From: Octopus sinensis
Lineage: Eukaryota
DNA: 64,000 bases
Direction: 5' to 3'
Assembly: GCF_006345805.1 (NCBI RefSeq)
Contig: NC_043005.1
Span: 41,478,001-41,542,000, forward strand
In this document: positions 35,883 to 49,020 of the stretch, in pieces
How the letters are laid out: each line of letters begins with the position of its first letter
Position numbering within the stretch: position 1 is the stretch's first letter
Position numbers and translations under genes: made by a program
Notes under the pieces: generated by a model
Databases searched by the model: none
What the model was told of the DNA's origin: nothing
Seen by the model: the letters and a program-made list of their open reading frames with translations, nothing else

Positions 35883-36012
35883 TACACATACATATATCAT
35901 ACATACATACATACATACATACATACATACATGCATGCATGCATACATACATACATACATGAATACATACATACAACATACATACATACATACATACATA
36001 CATACACACACA

Positions 36013-36043
<31 letters not shown>

Positions 36044-36600
36044 TCTTTAACAGTAAATCCCGCCGTTCATTTTCGCGATAATGTTCCACTAAACTTGGGG
36101 GCGTTTTTGAAATTGACCATACATTTTCATGGCTATAGGTGTGTACGTGTGAGTGTGTGCGCTTGTGTATGTGAATGTGTATGTGTGTGTGTGTGTATTT
36201 GTGCGCACGTGTCTATGCATATGTGTAAGAGAGAGAGAGAAAGAAGGGTAGAGAGAGAGAGAGGAGAGAGAGAGAGAGAAAGAAAGAAGTAAAGGAAGAG
36301 AGAGAGAAAGAGGAAGCTAGCATTCCACATTCAAACGCCATAACTTTTATACACTTGTATTAAATACCCAGTCATTAATCGAATCGAAAACATTGTGAGA
36401 AAAAATCAAAGGGTACGACTGAAGTGAGCTTCAAAAGTGATGCGATTATACTGCCAAATCACAATGCCTCCAAGATTATATGTCAGCATTACCTCAGTTG
36501 TTCAACTGAAACAAAAAGAATTTAAGCAGTTAATGAGTCTTCCACAGATTTATTTACGCGTAAATTTGGATTTATGCGAAATAGTGAGGGCATGCATGCA
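34473..36600. repeat. Two-copy ~1.1-kb tandem duplication
   Basis: Unit starting TTCAAAGAA(A)TTCCAACTGTG at 34473 recurs at 35577; both end GTGAGGGCATGCATGC plus (TATG)n; differences are mostly small indels. Confidence 0.92.
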
Positions 36601-36912
36601 TGTATGTATGTATGTATGTATGTATGTATGTATGTATGTATGTATGTATGTATGTATGTATGTATGTATGTATGGATGTATGTATGTATGTATGTGTGTA
36701 TGTATGTATGTATGTATGTAGGTATGTATGTGTGTATGTGTGTGTATGTATGTATATGTATGCGTATGTGTGCGTGTGTGTGTGTGCGTGTGTATGTGTG
36801 TATATGCATACACATGGTGCTTGACTTGAATTCTGTTACTTTTGTCTTTCATTAAACGAATGGTGAGCAAGAGTTCAAAAGAACCACCCATACACATACA
36901 TACATACATACA

Positions 36913-36943
<31 letters not shown>

Positions 36944-37084
36944 GGCTGGAACTTCGAAGTCACTATTAACAACATTCTTGTTTAAGAATAACTAATTTGT
37001 ACTCTACAGAATCATAGAGTAACCCGTCAGATTAATGTAAAATTGTCTTTATCATAACTGAATATAAAAAACAAATATCAATAT

Positions 37085-37254
37085 ATTTCCTCTGCGTCTC
37101 TCCGAGACAGAAATATCTGAAATTCTACCTCTAGTGTACATCTACTGTTTTGGTTGAGCTCTTTTCGAAAGATTAATTCCGAGAAATGGTATCATCTCAT
37201 GTAGATCTCACATGCGAATATCGACAACTACGATATCCTCTTACTCTGGTTTAG

Positions 37255-37305
<51 letters not shown>

Positions 37306-37473
37306 CTCTCATTCTCTGAATAAGAACACGGAACTACCCAACGAGCGAAGCTTACCAGTACCAATATCTCTTTTAAGCTTGAGTACTATGAAATTGGACG
37401 GCTATGTGAATAGTCGGCATGTAAACCAATTCAAGATAACATGGTATCCGCCAGGATAATTTATTCCTTTTTA

Positions 37474-37568
<95 letters not shown>

Positions 37569-38690
37569 GCATGCATGTATGCTCGCGCGCATAATTATAT
37601 TATACACGTGTTGCATGTAAATGATGCAGCTTAATTTATCAAACACTGTTTGGCGAACGAGTGCCTTTAACGATTCGCTCTGTTACAGTCATTTGACCAA
37701 CGGTTCCGCTCCACCGATTTCCATGACATCTCGATTGCATTGTCGCTCTTATCAATTTGTGAAGACACTTCAAAAGATTAAAAAAACCAAAAAAACAGAA
37801 CTAAACCCACTGGAATTTTGCATTCTAGCATCATTTGTAGCATCTATATACTTCGATCCAACGTAGATCCACTGTGGTCTCTTATTTTAAGGCAAACTCC
37901 TAACCATATTTCCCCTGCGTCTCTCCGAAACAAATATCTGTAATTCTACCTCTAGTGTATATCTGCTGTTTGGGTTGAGCTCTTTTCGAAAGATTCGTTC
38001 CAAGAAATGGTATCTTCTCATTTGTAGATCTCCCACGTGAATATCAACAACTACGGTTTCCTCTTATTCTGGCTTAGATTCTCTCTCTCCCTCTTTCTCT
38101 TCCCTTTACTTCCCACCTTACAATTCTCTTTCTCTCTACTACCTTGCAATATCTTCAGATCGCTAAGAAGTCTTTTTGTATTAAGCATACCTTTTGCCCT
38201 TCATCCCTGTCTGAGATCATTCTTCTCGGTGACTGCAATGGTCACAACCCTTCATAGCTCTCTCCCTCATTACATATTTTTGCAGCTGGCGTAGAATCTG
38301 ATCTTTTCACTTTTCGATTGTCTTCATTAACTTGATTCATCATCTGCCTGCATCTCTATAACCGACGTGCAAACATTTCAAACAACATTGACCTCTTTCT
38401 CAAATCGAAATTAAATGCTAAGATCATAAACATTTTCAGCCATTTTAAATTAGAGCCACCAGCCTCTGCAATGACACTTCCATAACTCAATCCATACTTC
38501 TTAGAGCAACTTCATATTCCCGTCAAATACTTCTTTCTCTCTATCACTCTACACGAATATATATGCCAGTCTTTGGAAACACAATGCAGCGCGTCTCATT
38601 CTCCAAAAAAGGAAACCCTTGAGTCTTGCGAACTACCGTAAAATCGTACTCAATTACCATGCCTCAATGGAAGTGCTGACAACTATTAAT
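37085..38690 (+). mobile_element. CR1/L2-like LINE remnants (APE endonuclease and start of RT); first ~180 bp present twice
   Basis: 37085-37260 repeats at 37908-38090; EIILLGDCNGHN (~38212), NIDLFL (~38385), LIL.KKG.P..LANYRKI (~38595). Confidence 0.65.
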
Positions 38691-38692
38691 GA

Positions 38693-38924
38693 GGCGGCGA
38701 GCTAGTGGAAACGTTAGCATGCCGGGCGAAATGCGTAGCCGTATTTCGTCTGCCGTTACGCTCTGGATTCAAATTCCGCCGAGGTCGACTTTGCCTTTCA
38801 TCCTTTCGGGGTCGATAAATTGAGTACCAGTTACGCACTGGGGTTGATGTAATCAACTTGATCCGTTTGTTCGTCCTTGTTTGTCCTCTCTGTGTTTAGC
38901 CCCTTGTGGGTAGCAAAGAAATAG
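38693..38924 (+). mobile_element. SINE family A, young
   Basis: Full head-to-tail match to 63478-63699. Confidence 0.92.
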
Positions 38925-39474
38925 GTATTAATAAGAAACATTCTATATTTAATGTCCTTCAGTAAGTCTTTCGTAAAGCTAAGCCTGCAACAGATCTACT
39001 ATCTTTTAATCTTTCACCAGTGAGCTCGAATACAAGAGAAATCTAGTGGAAGCAGTATCATTACTTTTAACAGCTGCAAAGCTTTCGATCAAGCCTGGCA
39101 TACGAATCCCCTGTCAAAACAATGCGCATTAAAGGCAGGCACCATCTTCTTTCCATCTCTTATGCCTTTGCTCATTGGCTTCGAATCAGGTTGCACCACT
39201 GTGGAGTTTGATATGTAGCACATATTGACCCACATCTTACCAACTCTGGCGTGTCACAGTGTTCACTTCTGGAGGATAGGACTGTATCTTGAGTATTGCT
39301 ATTTTGTTGATATCCTTGCAATAATGGACTTTCTTATCACTTAGAGTAGATAGCGGAATTTCTGTTAATAAATAATAACTATTCAATTGGCATTCTCACG
39401 TTTAGTTTAGGAATTTGGCTACGATTAAATTAATTACGGCAGTTATTCTGAAGTTGTTTCACTACATTGGCTCA

Positions 39475-39673
39475 GTCATGGCTGTATGATTAAGAAGCTC
39501 GCTTTGCAATCATGTGGTTTCGGGTTCAGTCTCTCTGTGCGACACCACGAGTAAATGTCTTCTACTATAGCTACAAGCCGTTCAATGCTTCGCGAGTGTA
39601 TTTGGTAGTCGGAAACTGTGTGGAAACCCGTCATATACACGCACGCACGCGCGCATGTGTGTGTGTGTGTTTG

Positions 39674-39732
<59 letters not shown>

Positions 39733-39925
39733 ACCTGTGTGTGTTCGTCTCCCACACACTGTTTGGCGACTGGTCTTTGTTCATGTTTTCGTAATTTAGC
39801 GGTTCGGCATAAGAGACCAAAAGGCTTAAAAAAATAAGTACTAGGGTCGATTTGTTTGACTAAACACTTCAAGGCGGTGTCACAATATGGGTGCAGTCCA
39901 ATGAATGAACAAAGTAAAAAGTGAA
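39475..39925 (+). mobile_element. SINE family B
   Basis: CATGGCTGTATGATTAAGAAGCTCGC...GGGTTCAGTC...TAGCGGTTCGGC...AAAGTAAAAAG. Confidence 0.82.
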
Positions 39926-40239
39926 AAAAAAAGAAAGGAAAGAAAACAATATTATATATGCATAATATGGATGCATTTAAGTTTCTCTATTATATAATTT
40001 ATAATTCTATATTGTATAATATATTTTAATGCTTAGAAATTAGAATATTTAACAAAATATTTTGTAATTAAACAGTCTTCCGTTTTATTCGGAAGTTTTA
40101 CATTTCTTTTTTAATATATGTGACGTGTGTATAGTAAAATATGCTATATAACTGTAGATATAATTGTCAGGAAGTAAGTAGCTACTTTGTTTACAACAAA
40201 ACATAAAGTTTGTTGGCGACAGAAGCAGTGTCGCTAATA

Positions 40240-40432
40240 AATTAGCACGCCGGTTAAAATGCTTAGCGGCATTTCGTCCATCTTTACGTTCTGAGTTCAA
40301 ATTCCACCGGAGTCGACTTTTCCTTTTATCCTTTCGGGATCGATAAAAATAAGCACCAGTTGAGTACTGGGGTCGATGTAATCGACTTAACCTCTTTCCT
40401 GAACTTGTTGGCTTTGTGCCAAAATTTGAAAT
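40240..40432 (+). mobile_element. SINE family A
   Basis: TTAGCACGCCGG..AAATGCTTAGCGGCATTTCG...GTGCCAAAATTTGAA. Confidence 0.82.
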
Positions 40433-40677
40433 TAATATCTGAGACCAATATTACTTATTAATGAAGGTGACGAGATGACAGAATCGTTAGCACGCCGATT
40501 AAAATGCTTAGCGGTCTTTCCGCCCACTTAACGCCACTTAAACGCCCACTTAAACGCCCAATTTGATCTAACAGAACATCCACGTTAAGTGGGCAAGAAG
40601 CACATATAGTTAGAATATTTCGTTTTGGGATTTTGTTTGTAAGATTCTTTATATGAGTTTGTGTGTTGAAGCATATA

Positions 40678-41063
40678 CTGTTGTGTCTGGGGAGAGTCAT
40701 TTTCTTTTTGTGCCTTATAATGTAACACACTCACCGGTAAAATTTCCACTTATTTCTTATTCTTATTTTCCTAAAATTTTCGTTGCGTCTTGCAACCTTT
40801 TCAATCGTCTTGACTAACAAACAAACAAAAAGGAACTTGTATTTTTTTTTTTTTTGTAAACAAAGGTCTGACCAGTAGCTACCTACTTCCTGACAATTAT
40901 ATCAAACAAACAAACAAACAAACAAAAAGGACTATTGAAAATGTTGCAAGATGCAACGAAAATTTTAGGAAAATAAAAATAAGAAATAAGTGGAAATTTT
41001 ACCGGTGAGTGTGTTACATTATAAAGCACAAAAAGAAAATGACTCTCCCCAGACACAACAGTT
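40678..41063. repeat. Inverted repeat with ~135-bp arms
   Basis: CTGTTGTGTCTGGGGAGAGTC...TTTTCAAT (40678-40812) is inverse to ATTGAAAA...GACTCTCCCCAGACACAACAG (40927-41063). Confidence 0.9.
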
Positions 41064-42059
41064 AGTTAGAAATTACTTACTTTAAAAAATATTTCGTTTA
41101 TGCCATTGACCACAGATTAATAGAACTTAAACAACGACTGGAATAGCCGTTACCGACCAACTACATAACTTGAAAGTGTTAAACTAGAAGTTGGAGGAGA
41201 ACAACTGCGGAGGATTATCTTCTGTAGAAGCTTCACTTCTTTAGAAAATGTTGTTTTTGTATGTCGTAAGATTCCGAACGAAATGTCTCCATTGACATGA
41301 ATCACTCAATCAAAAGTATAAATGATTGATGCATTAGTGAGTTCAGACATAGTTATAGACTGATTGCCAATGAGCAGAAACTTTCTAGTCATAGATTTGA
41401 AATCAAAGTAAAGTATTTCGTGTTGAGAATTTTAAAATGGGGGGAAAAACTAGTCGCGTAGAATTTTACGATACAATATCTCTTTCAAATTGATTGCTGC
41501 AAAGATGAATATGTTCAGGCATTATTGCATGCATAGATGCATACATCCATTAATTCTTGTTCTTAAAAGTTATACGGCTGAAGAGAAAGACCTCTTTCTC
41601 ACTCACTCACTCACTCACTCAGGCATTCACTCACTCACTTACTCACTCACTCACTCTCTCAGGCACTCACTCACTCACAGGCACACGCACTCTCACACAT
41701 ACACAACGCAGGCATGTATGCATACATGTATGTATGTACGTATGTATGTATGTATGTATGTATGTATGTATGTATGTATGTATGTATGTATGTATGCACG
41801 TATGTACCTATGTATGTATGTGTTCGCACATGAAGGTAACTGTATGTATGTATGTGTTCATGTATGTATGTATGTATGTATGTATGTATGTATGTATGTA
41901 TGTATGCTTGTATGTATGTATGTGTGTATGTGTGTGCATGCGCGCGTGTGCGTGTACCATAGAGTTACTTTTACTAGAAGCTGAAGGAGAAAACGTATAC
42001 AAGGGGTCAATATATTCTAATGTAGAATAAACTATTGTTTTTATTTTATAGAAGGTGTT

Positions 42060-42420
42060 TAACGTTTGAACAAAGGTTTCTAAAGCGTTAACCTTGTACC
42101 AAATGGAGAACATTTATGGACCACTGATAAACAGTTTGCAAATCCAGTACCCAAGATACACTTACAACTTCATACTTATTAATATTGGAACATCAGGGTA
42201 CATACCAGCACGTCTGGAGCAAAGTATGGCTGAACTTGGGCTCTTGGGGGAGAGAATGCAAATCCTTAATTTATACTCTGCAAAAAGATCACTGTATCAG
42301 AGACCATAAAAATCTGCAAGACCTTCTAAAGATTTAAAGTATAATGGTTAAAACAAGAGGCTTTCCTTCACAGCCATGCTACCCAGTAGGTGGCCGGTCA
42401 AAATTTGCTCCTCATTAAAA
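42060..42420 (+). mobile_element. RLE-type non-LTR retrotransposon (R4/NeSL-like), extreme 3' end
   Basis: ENIYGPLINSLQIQYPRYTYNFILINIGTSGYIP, then ISETIKICKTFL after a frameshift; abuts (CATA)n. Confidence 0.65.
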
Positions 42421-42525
42421 AGAGAAAGAGAAGAACATACATACATACATACATACATACATACATACATACATACATACATACATACAAACATACATAC
42501 ATACATACATACATATATTCATACA

Positions 42526-42556
<31 letters not shown>

Positions 42557-42859
42557 CCTGTTGATGATGAAATTCCAATGAATGAACCTTGAATTTAGGT
42601 TAGAAACCGGATCTTTCTCTATTGGCAAAAAATCTTAAGATAAAACTGAATAATAGCATGCGTACGTACATACATAATACATACATGCATGCATACATGC
42701 ACGCACACATACATACATACATACATACATACATACATACATACATACATACATACATACATACATGTTTTCTTTTGGTTTTATTTACATTTTTACATTT
42801 AGAGGATGTAATCGAGGTATCAACCAAATGACAGGGTTATTTTGTTTCAGTTAAAAGAG

Positions 42860-43800
42860 GTGTAGCGATGTCAGTATGTGACAACCTACAATGGTACAAT
42901 TGCTTGCGAGAAAGAGGGGTCACCATCTTGTACGTAAAACGACAAGAATAAATAAGAACTTGTGAGACGTTCATAATAGGTCATAACATATTTATTACTG
43001 GATGTAACGCGTTAACATATAAGAATGGTTTGAAAGGAAAGACTTGTAGCATATTACATGAACATGCTTTGCAACCACATGTCTCAAAGCAAATGAGGCG
43101 TCATCCGGAGGTTAATTGAAAGCTTCTAGAATGCATGAGGCTGATGATATCATACGACTTGGAAGGCAGCTCCGTGAGCAACACTCTTTGTCTGGTAACC
43201 TAGAATACATGCCCAAAGAAGTCACGTATCATCAGATGAAAGGATGAGCCTATATGATCAGAAGGCTATGCATGGACATGTTAGTAGAAAACTCCGTCAT
43301 GATAGTAACATCGATCATTAAAGCAGTTTATCATGGACGAATTGCCGGACTACTACCTCCCACTTTGAACGGTATGCGTTTGCAATCCAGGAACAGGAAA
43401 TATCAACCAAGTACCTGATGCACAAAAAGGACAGAGGTACAGGAAAACCGTAAAATGTGACAACCGGTGCAGACTTTGTGGAGTTCACACTGAAGCTACA
43501 TCCACTACATAAGCAGTTTCCAGTAAATGTCATCACGGTATTATCTACCGTTGAGACACGACGTTGTAACTAGCACACTCTATAATGAAATCTATCGGAA
43601 GGATAATCCCGAAGACAAAGAAATAAGAACCCACAGTATGGTAGAAGCCATAGCCACTCTACTTAAAAAAGAGTTCCAGTGAAAACCTCAATAAAATGTA
43701 AGCACAACAGACCTGATATAAGGATTTGGGATAGAGAAGAGAAACTGTGCACAGTTGTGGAAATTAACTGCCCAGGGGATGTTAACATAAAAAACCGTCA
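42860..43800 (+). mobile_element. RLE-type non-LTR retrotransposon: CCHC knuckle and PD-D restriction-like endonuclease
   Basis: AFAIQEQEISTKYL, CDNRCRLCGVHTE...RYYLPLRHDVV, CKHNRPDIRIWDREEKLCTVVEINCPGDVNIK. Confidence 0.85.
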
Positions 43801-43804
43801 CTGA

Positions 43805-44150
43805 CCATTATGCGCTTAAACTTTTTCCTATACATTTGTGGTTCCGTTGGTGACTAATGAGCCCAGCCCTCGATACACGTCCGCAGATACTGCAGACCAA
43901 GCTTTCCCCGTTCATTACACCGACAGTGTATTTTAATGCAGCTCGCTTAAATACTGTATGAAAAAATGCGTTTTTCCGAAAATACACATTCCTTGGTTTT
44001 TTGGCTTCCTCCATTGGTGGCAAATGTCAAGCATTGTTTTCTTAATTGCTCTCCCACATTTCACGTGCTTTCATTGAAGATTGCACAGTCCTTCAATCAT
44101 AGTCTTGGTTTCTGCTGAGGGTGCTTTCCAAAAACATGTTCACCACAAAG
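43805..44150 (-). mobile_element. RTE LINE 3' end with C-terminal zinc finger
   Basis: ORF 43808-44023 ends CSICGRVSRAGLISHQRNH. Confidence 0.7.
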
Positions 44151-44962
44151 CTTAGGGGCCTCCCGATCGTTCAACCGAACATACACACTTTCATAAGCGC
44201 ACATACATATATTTTACTGGATAAATCATGATCATTCATGCGTTAAGCAATTGAATAACTAGTGAATCCACACAGTGGGTAACATGCTCATGTTTTCCAC
44301 AATCTAGTTAAATAGAACACAGTTTGCAAAACTATTATACCTAACGGGAAATATATAGTCTGAGCTAAGATTCAAGTAAAATTACTTGATATGAATATAA
44401 GTTTCAATACAAATTAAAAACTTTTCCGTACACATCGAGAGTAACTTTATAAACCTTGTGCAGTTGATTACGATCGTCAGATGTGACGACAGAATAGAAA
44501 CTGAGTTCAGTAAAAGTGTTGTAGTCGTCATCATAATCACTTTTTCACAACCATCGGTGCGCGAAGCGTCCCTCACGAACATACGTTCGTGAGATGTTGT
44601 GATCTATAAACAGTTTTGAGTAGGAACCAGAAAGAGAAGTATGAACATGCAATGTGTATGTGCACACTCAATTTGTAAAACGGAAGAGAAGAATAAAGAC
44701 GCAATGCGCATGTTAAAATAAAACGGAAGAGAAGAATGAAACATTTTATATGATGGTCTCAATGCCACGTCTGACACCACTACCACGCAACTTTGCAGCA
44801 ATTTTCTTGTTTCATTTTCAGTTACAATCGTTCAATATAAATTGCGTTGATGAAGCTATCACTGCTACTCATTTTCGCATTTCATTTTCGTTAATTTCAG
44901 ATCTTGCTTCCTCGCAAGGATTCAAAGGAATCTTGACTGACATGCAAACATGTATTCTAATG

Positions 44963-45066
<104 letters not shown>

Positions 45067-47782
45067 GCACACACACGCACACACACACACATACATACAC
45101 ACACATACACACACACACCGCGCACGTTGTTTGTGACGTTTAAGAGAAAAAGGTATTTATGACACAACGAAGAGTAGAATCATATTGTCTGAAGGATGTT
45201 AAATAAGACGTCTGTGAAGGAAAATACGTCACTAAATACTGCTAATAAAATTAAGAAATCAAGGTGTATAAATCTAGTTGCAGAGTTAATAGTGGTCTCA
45301 TCTCATGCTTTAGGATTTTCAAAGATGTCTTCAAAAAACTGATTAGGAAATGACAATTTCCCTTTTGTTGTAATAAAAAGACATAAAGGCGTAATTCCAT
45401 CTAATTACTGTTGCTCCGGAGAATCATTTTTTAGCAGTATTATCTACGCATTGGCTCTTTGGGGTGTTTCACAAGAAAAAAAAACGTGCCCAGCCCATCT
45501 ATTCTTGACAAAAATATCTTGCATTCTTTTGTAATAAAACATACAGGTGAAAGAACTAAATTTAGTACTTGAGGACAATAATGAATACAAAGTGCACATT
45601 CTGATTACTCCTTTGTCTTTGACTGCAAACCGTTTAATTGTCTTGCTATCGTAGCAACACAATCATAGCTTTGTGCAATTAATTTGTTTTCAAACTTTCC
45701 TGTTTCAATAATTTAAACACGTCTTCAGATAAAGCATTTGCGGCACGTTCTGCACTGATATCATTGAAACCGATAACTCATTCTTTAGTAACACAATCTT
45801 TTATAACATAACATTGATGTAACATAACATCGAACTGTTGACAGTCGTGAATAGTTCGATACATCAGAACATTTCGTCAACAAAAATAGTTATAAGTTAG
45901 CCTGTTAAAGTCAATTTTCTATTTCATTCAACATAACCTTTTACATAGCATCGATCAAGTCACTTTGAATTCTGTTTGATAAACCTGTGGAAACAGAGGT
46001 TGTATCTAGATGGCTTGCAAATCTTTCATCATACTTACTGATTAGATATAAGAGTTCTTTATAATTATCGTAATTATTATTCTCTGGATTCAAAAGAACC
46101 CCCCCCCCCCAAAAAAAAGGGTAATATCTTGCGACTTAACAAAATATCTGCATCGCTCAACCGTCACAGAATAATTCAGTTTCGTTTAACTTCGTCTTTG
46201 TGCTGCTGAATGTTCTGCCTTTTATTTGCATCTAATCTTAAGTCTTTTCGAACGAGAAGTGGAGATGGGTTCCGTGCCAACGGCGGTCGAGCATGGTTCA
46301 TCTCTCTTTTATTTAAAAAAGGGAAGGTGCAGAGGGGCTGGCACGGGACCACCAGTGATGAAGAGCACGGGTGGACATGGTCTGCTCTATGCATGATTAT
46401 GCCTCAGGGACCACTAACTTGGGATGATCCTAACCCATCAAGCAAGAGCATGAAGCAAGCAAAGAATCATGCAAACATTTCCAAATATTTCAAAATCTAT
46501 CATAGATTTTATGTCTTTGAGAACGTTCATGTTACAGTATGACATAAGTAGATTATTTAGATCATTGCAGCATTTGTCACTCTCAAAAGTTTTTCTCTAA
46601 ACTAAATAGCAAGTATATTCGACAAAAAAATTATTTAGCTTTGAACTTCCAAGTTAACTATTTTTTTACCTTTCATATAAATTAATTTGATATAAACTAA
46701 TTTAAATATACTTTTCCCGACGAAATTTTTGTCAATTAGATAATTTCAGCGTTAGGCTGTCATTATTTATAATTGTTCCCCTTCAAAGCTTTTTTTTTCT
46801 TTGAAAAGCTAATTTTCAAAAGTTATTCTGTAACACACATTTCAATCATTAGAACGAATATTTTGAAAGTTCAAAGGATATTTAAAAAAAACAAATATGC
46901 GCACGTGTGATGTGTGATGTGTGTGTGTTTGTGTATGTGTGTATGTGTGTGTGTGTGTTTGCGCGTGTGTGTGTGCATGTGTGTGCCCTTTCTGTGAATT
47001 GAGAATCAACTTGAATAAAACGGAAGATAATCTTTGTGAATCAACGAGGCTCAATTAGTTAAAGATCGCAACGAAAGAAACTATGTATTCTTTTTGGATA
47101 TTAAATGAAATATTAAAAAAAATTCTTTGTGTTTACCATGTAAATTGTCTGTCTCGGTTTGCAAAACTTTGTGTTATATAATCCGACAAAATTGATGAAA
47201 CTGATAAAGGGTTTTTGTGAGAGAGACCAAATTGCTTCGATTTTTAGTTTTAATGCTTTTCCACGCATCTTACTCACGGTCAATTGGGCATCACTTTTAA
47301 TCATTCATCTGGCACTTGTATGGTTGTTTAGCAACATCAGTTACGGATATGGCAGAGAGAGAGAGAAGGCATTGGCAGATAAAGAAAAGTTACATGCATT
47401 TCGATATTGTTCTCCTTCTGACGGTATTTAACGGGACGATAAATGATATAAGGATGGAGAGTTTTTTCTTTAGTCGAATTAATGCAATTTTTTCTTTTTT
47501 TTTTTGGCATTTGGAATGATTGAAAAATTGATTTAGAAGATTTGTTTCCGTAGTTCTCTCAAACAAATTAGCTTATTCAATTTTCAATGATTTTGATAAT
47601 TTTTAAGTGTACTTAGTAATTAATTAGTTTTGAATTTTTTAGTCTTTTTATATTATAAAAGAGACGCGAATGCCCGTCTGTCTGTCCGTCACAATATCTA
47701 TTAGAGAAAAGGAAAGAAGAGGTGGAATCAAAATATATATGTTACAACCTATATTTAGACGAAAGGGAGAAGAGAAAAAATT

Positions 47783-47834
<52 letters not shown>

Positions 47835-48210
47835 TGTGAGAAAGAGAGAGAGAGAGTTAGAGTGTGTGTGTGTGTGCATGTATGTAAAAGATAGATAGAT
47901 AGATAGATTGGTAGCGTTGTCACCATATTAACTTACAAGTTTTGATAAAAAAGTGGGAATTTTATGTGCAAATTTGTCGACACAGCACAGTAGTTAAAAA
48001 AAAAACAGCAACCCTCCCCCCCAAAAAAGACTTTTATCATATTGACAGTTATTATTTGGTTGTGCGTATGCGCGCGCTTGTTTCTCTATGACTTTCAACT
48101 TAGAGACAATGCAACGTAACAGAGCTTCACAAAAAAAGACATTCGTTATATAACAATATAGAAGTTTTTCGAGTTGTTTATTCGTGTGCGCGTGTGTGTG
48201 TGTGTGTATT

Positions 48211-48241
<31 letters not shown>

Positions 48242-48354
48242 CTGTTTGCTTATTTATGTCTTTCAACAAAAAAACAACACCACACCTACTATAAAAATGA
48301 CTTTCAATATAATGACAAGTTGTTGGTGTCGCTGATGTTGTTAAGAAAGAAATT

Positions 48355-48425
<71 letters not shown>

Positions 48426-48599
48426 TGTGGAAGATAATCTAGCTTTCACATCATAGTGTGTTAAGAGATTTCCACTATATAACAGTGTATTATTAAAAGA
48501 AGGTACAAGCATGATTAGCAAATAGTTTTACTGGCAGCGTAGCGACGGATAAAGACCAAGTATATTTAAAGATTGGACACATCTTTGACGCTAGCCATT

Positions 48600-49020
48600 T
48601 AGGTCTGGCTGTGTGATAAGAAGCTTGCTTCTCAACCGCATGGTTCCGGGCTCAGTCCCACAGCGTGGCACTCTGGGCAAGTGTCTTCTGTTATAGCCTC
48701 GGGCCGACCAAAGGCCTGTGAGTGGATTTGGTAGACGGAAACTGAAAGAAGCCCGTCGTATATATATGTATATGTGTGTGTGAGAGAGTGTGTGTATATT
48801 TGTGTGTGTGTGTGTCTGTGTTTGTCTCCACCACCATCGCTTGACAATCGGTGTTGGTGTGTTTACGTCCCCGTAACTTCGCAATTCGGCAAAAGTGGCC
48901 GATAGAATTAGTACTAAGCTTACAAAGAATAAGTTCTGGGAATCGATTCGTTCGACTAAAGGCGGTGCTCCAGCGTGGCCGCAGTCAAATGACTGAAACA
49001 AGTAAAAGAACAAAAGAATA
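48600..49020 (+). mobile_element. SINE family B, full length
   Basis: Head-to-tail match to 20427-20833. Confidence 0.9.

Noticed and set aside
40520-40562. Short direct repeats CGCCCACTTAA (3-4 copies)
   Set aside because: Local slippage in a SINE head; no spacers, so not CRISPR-like.
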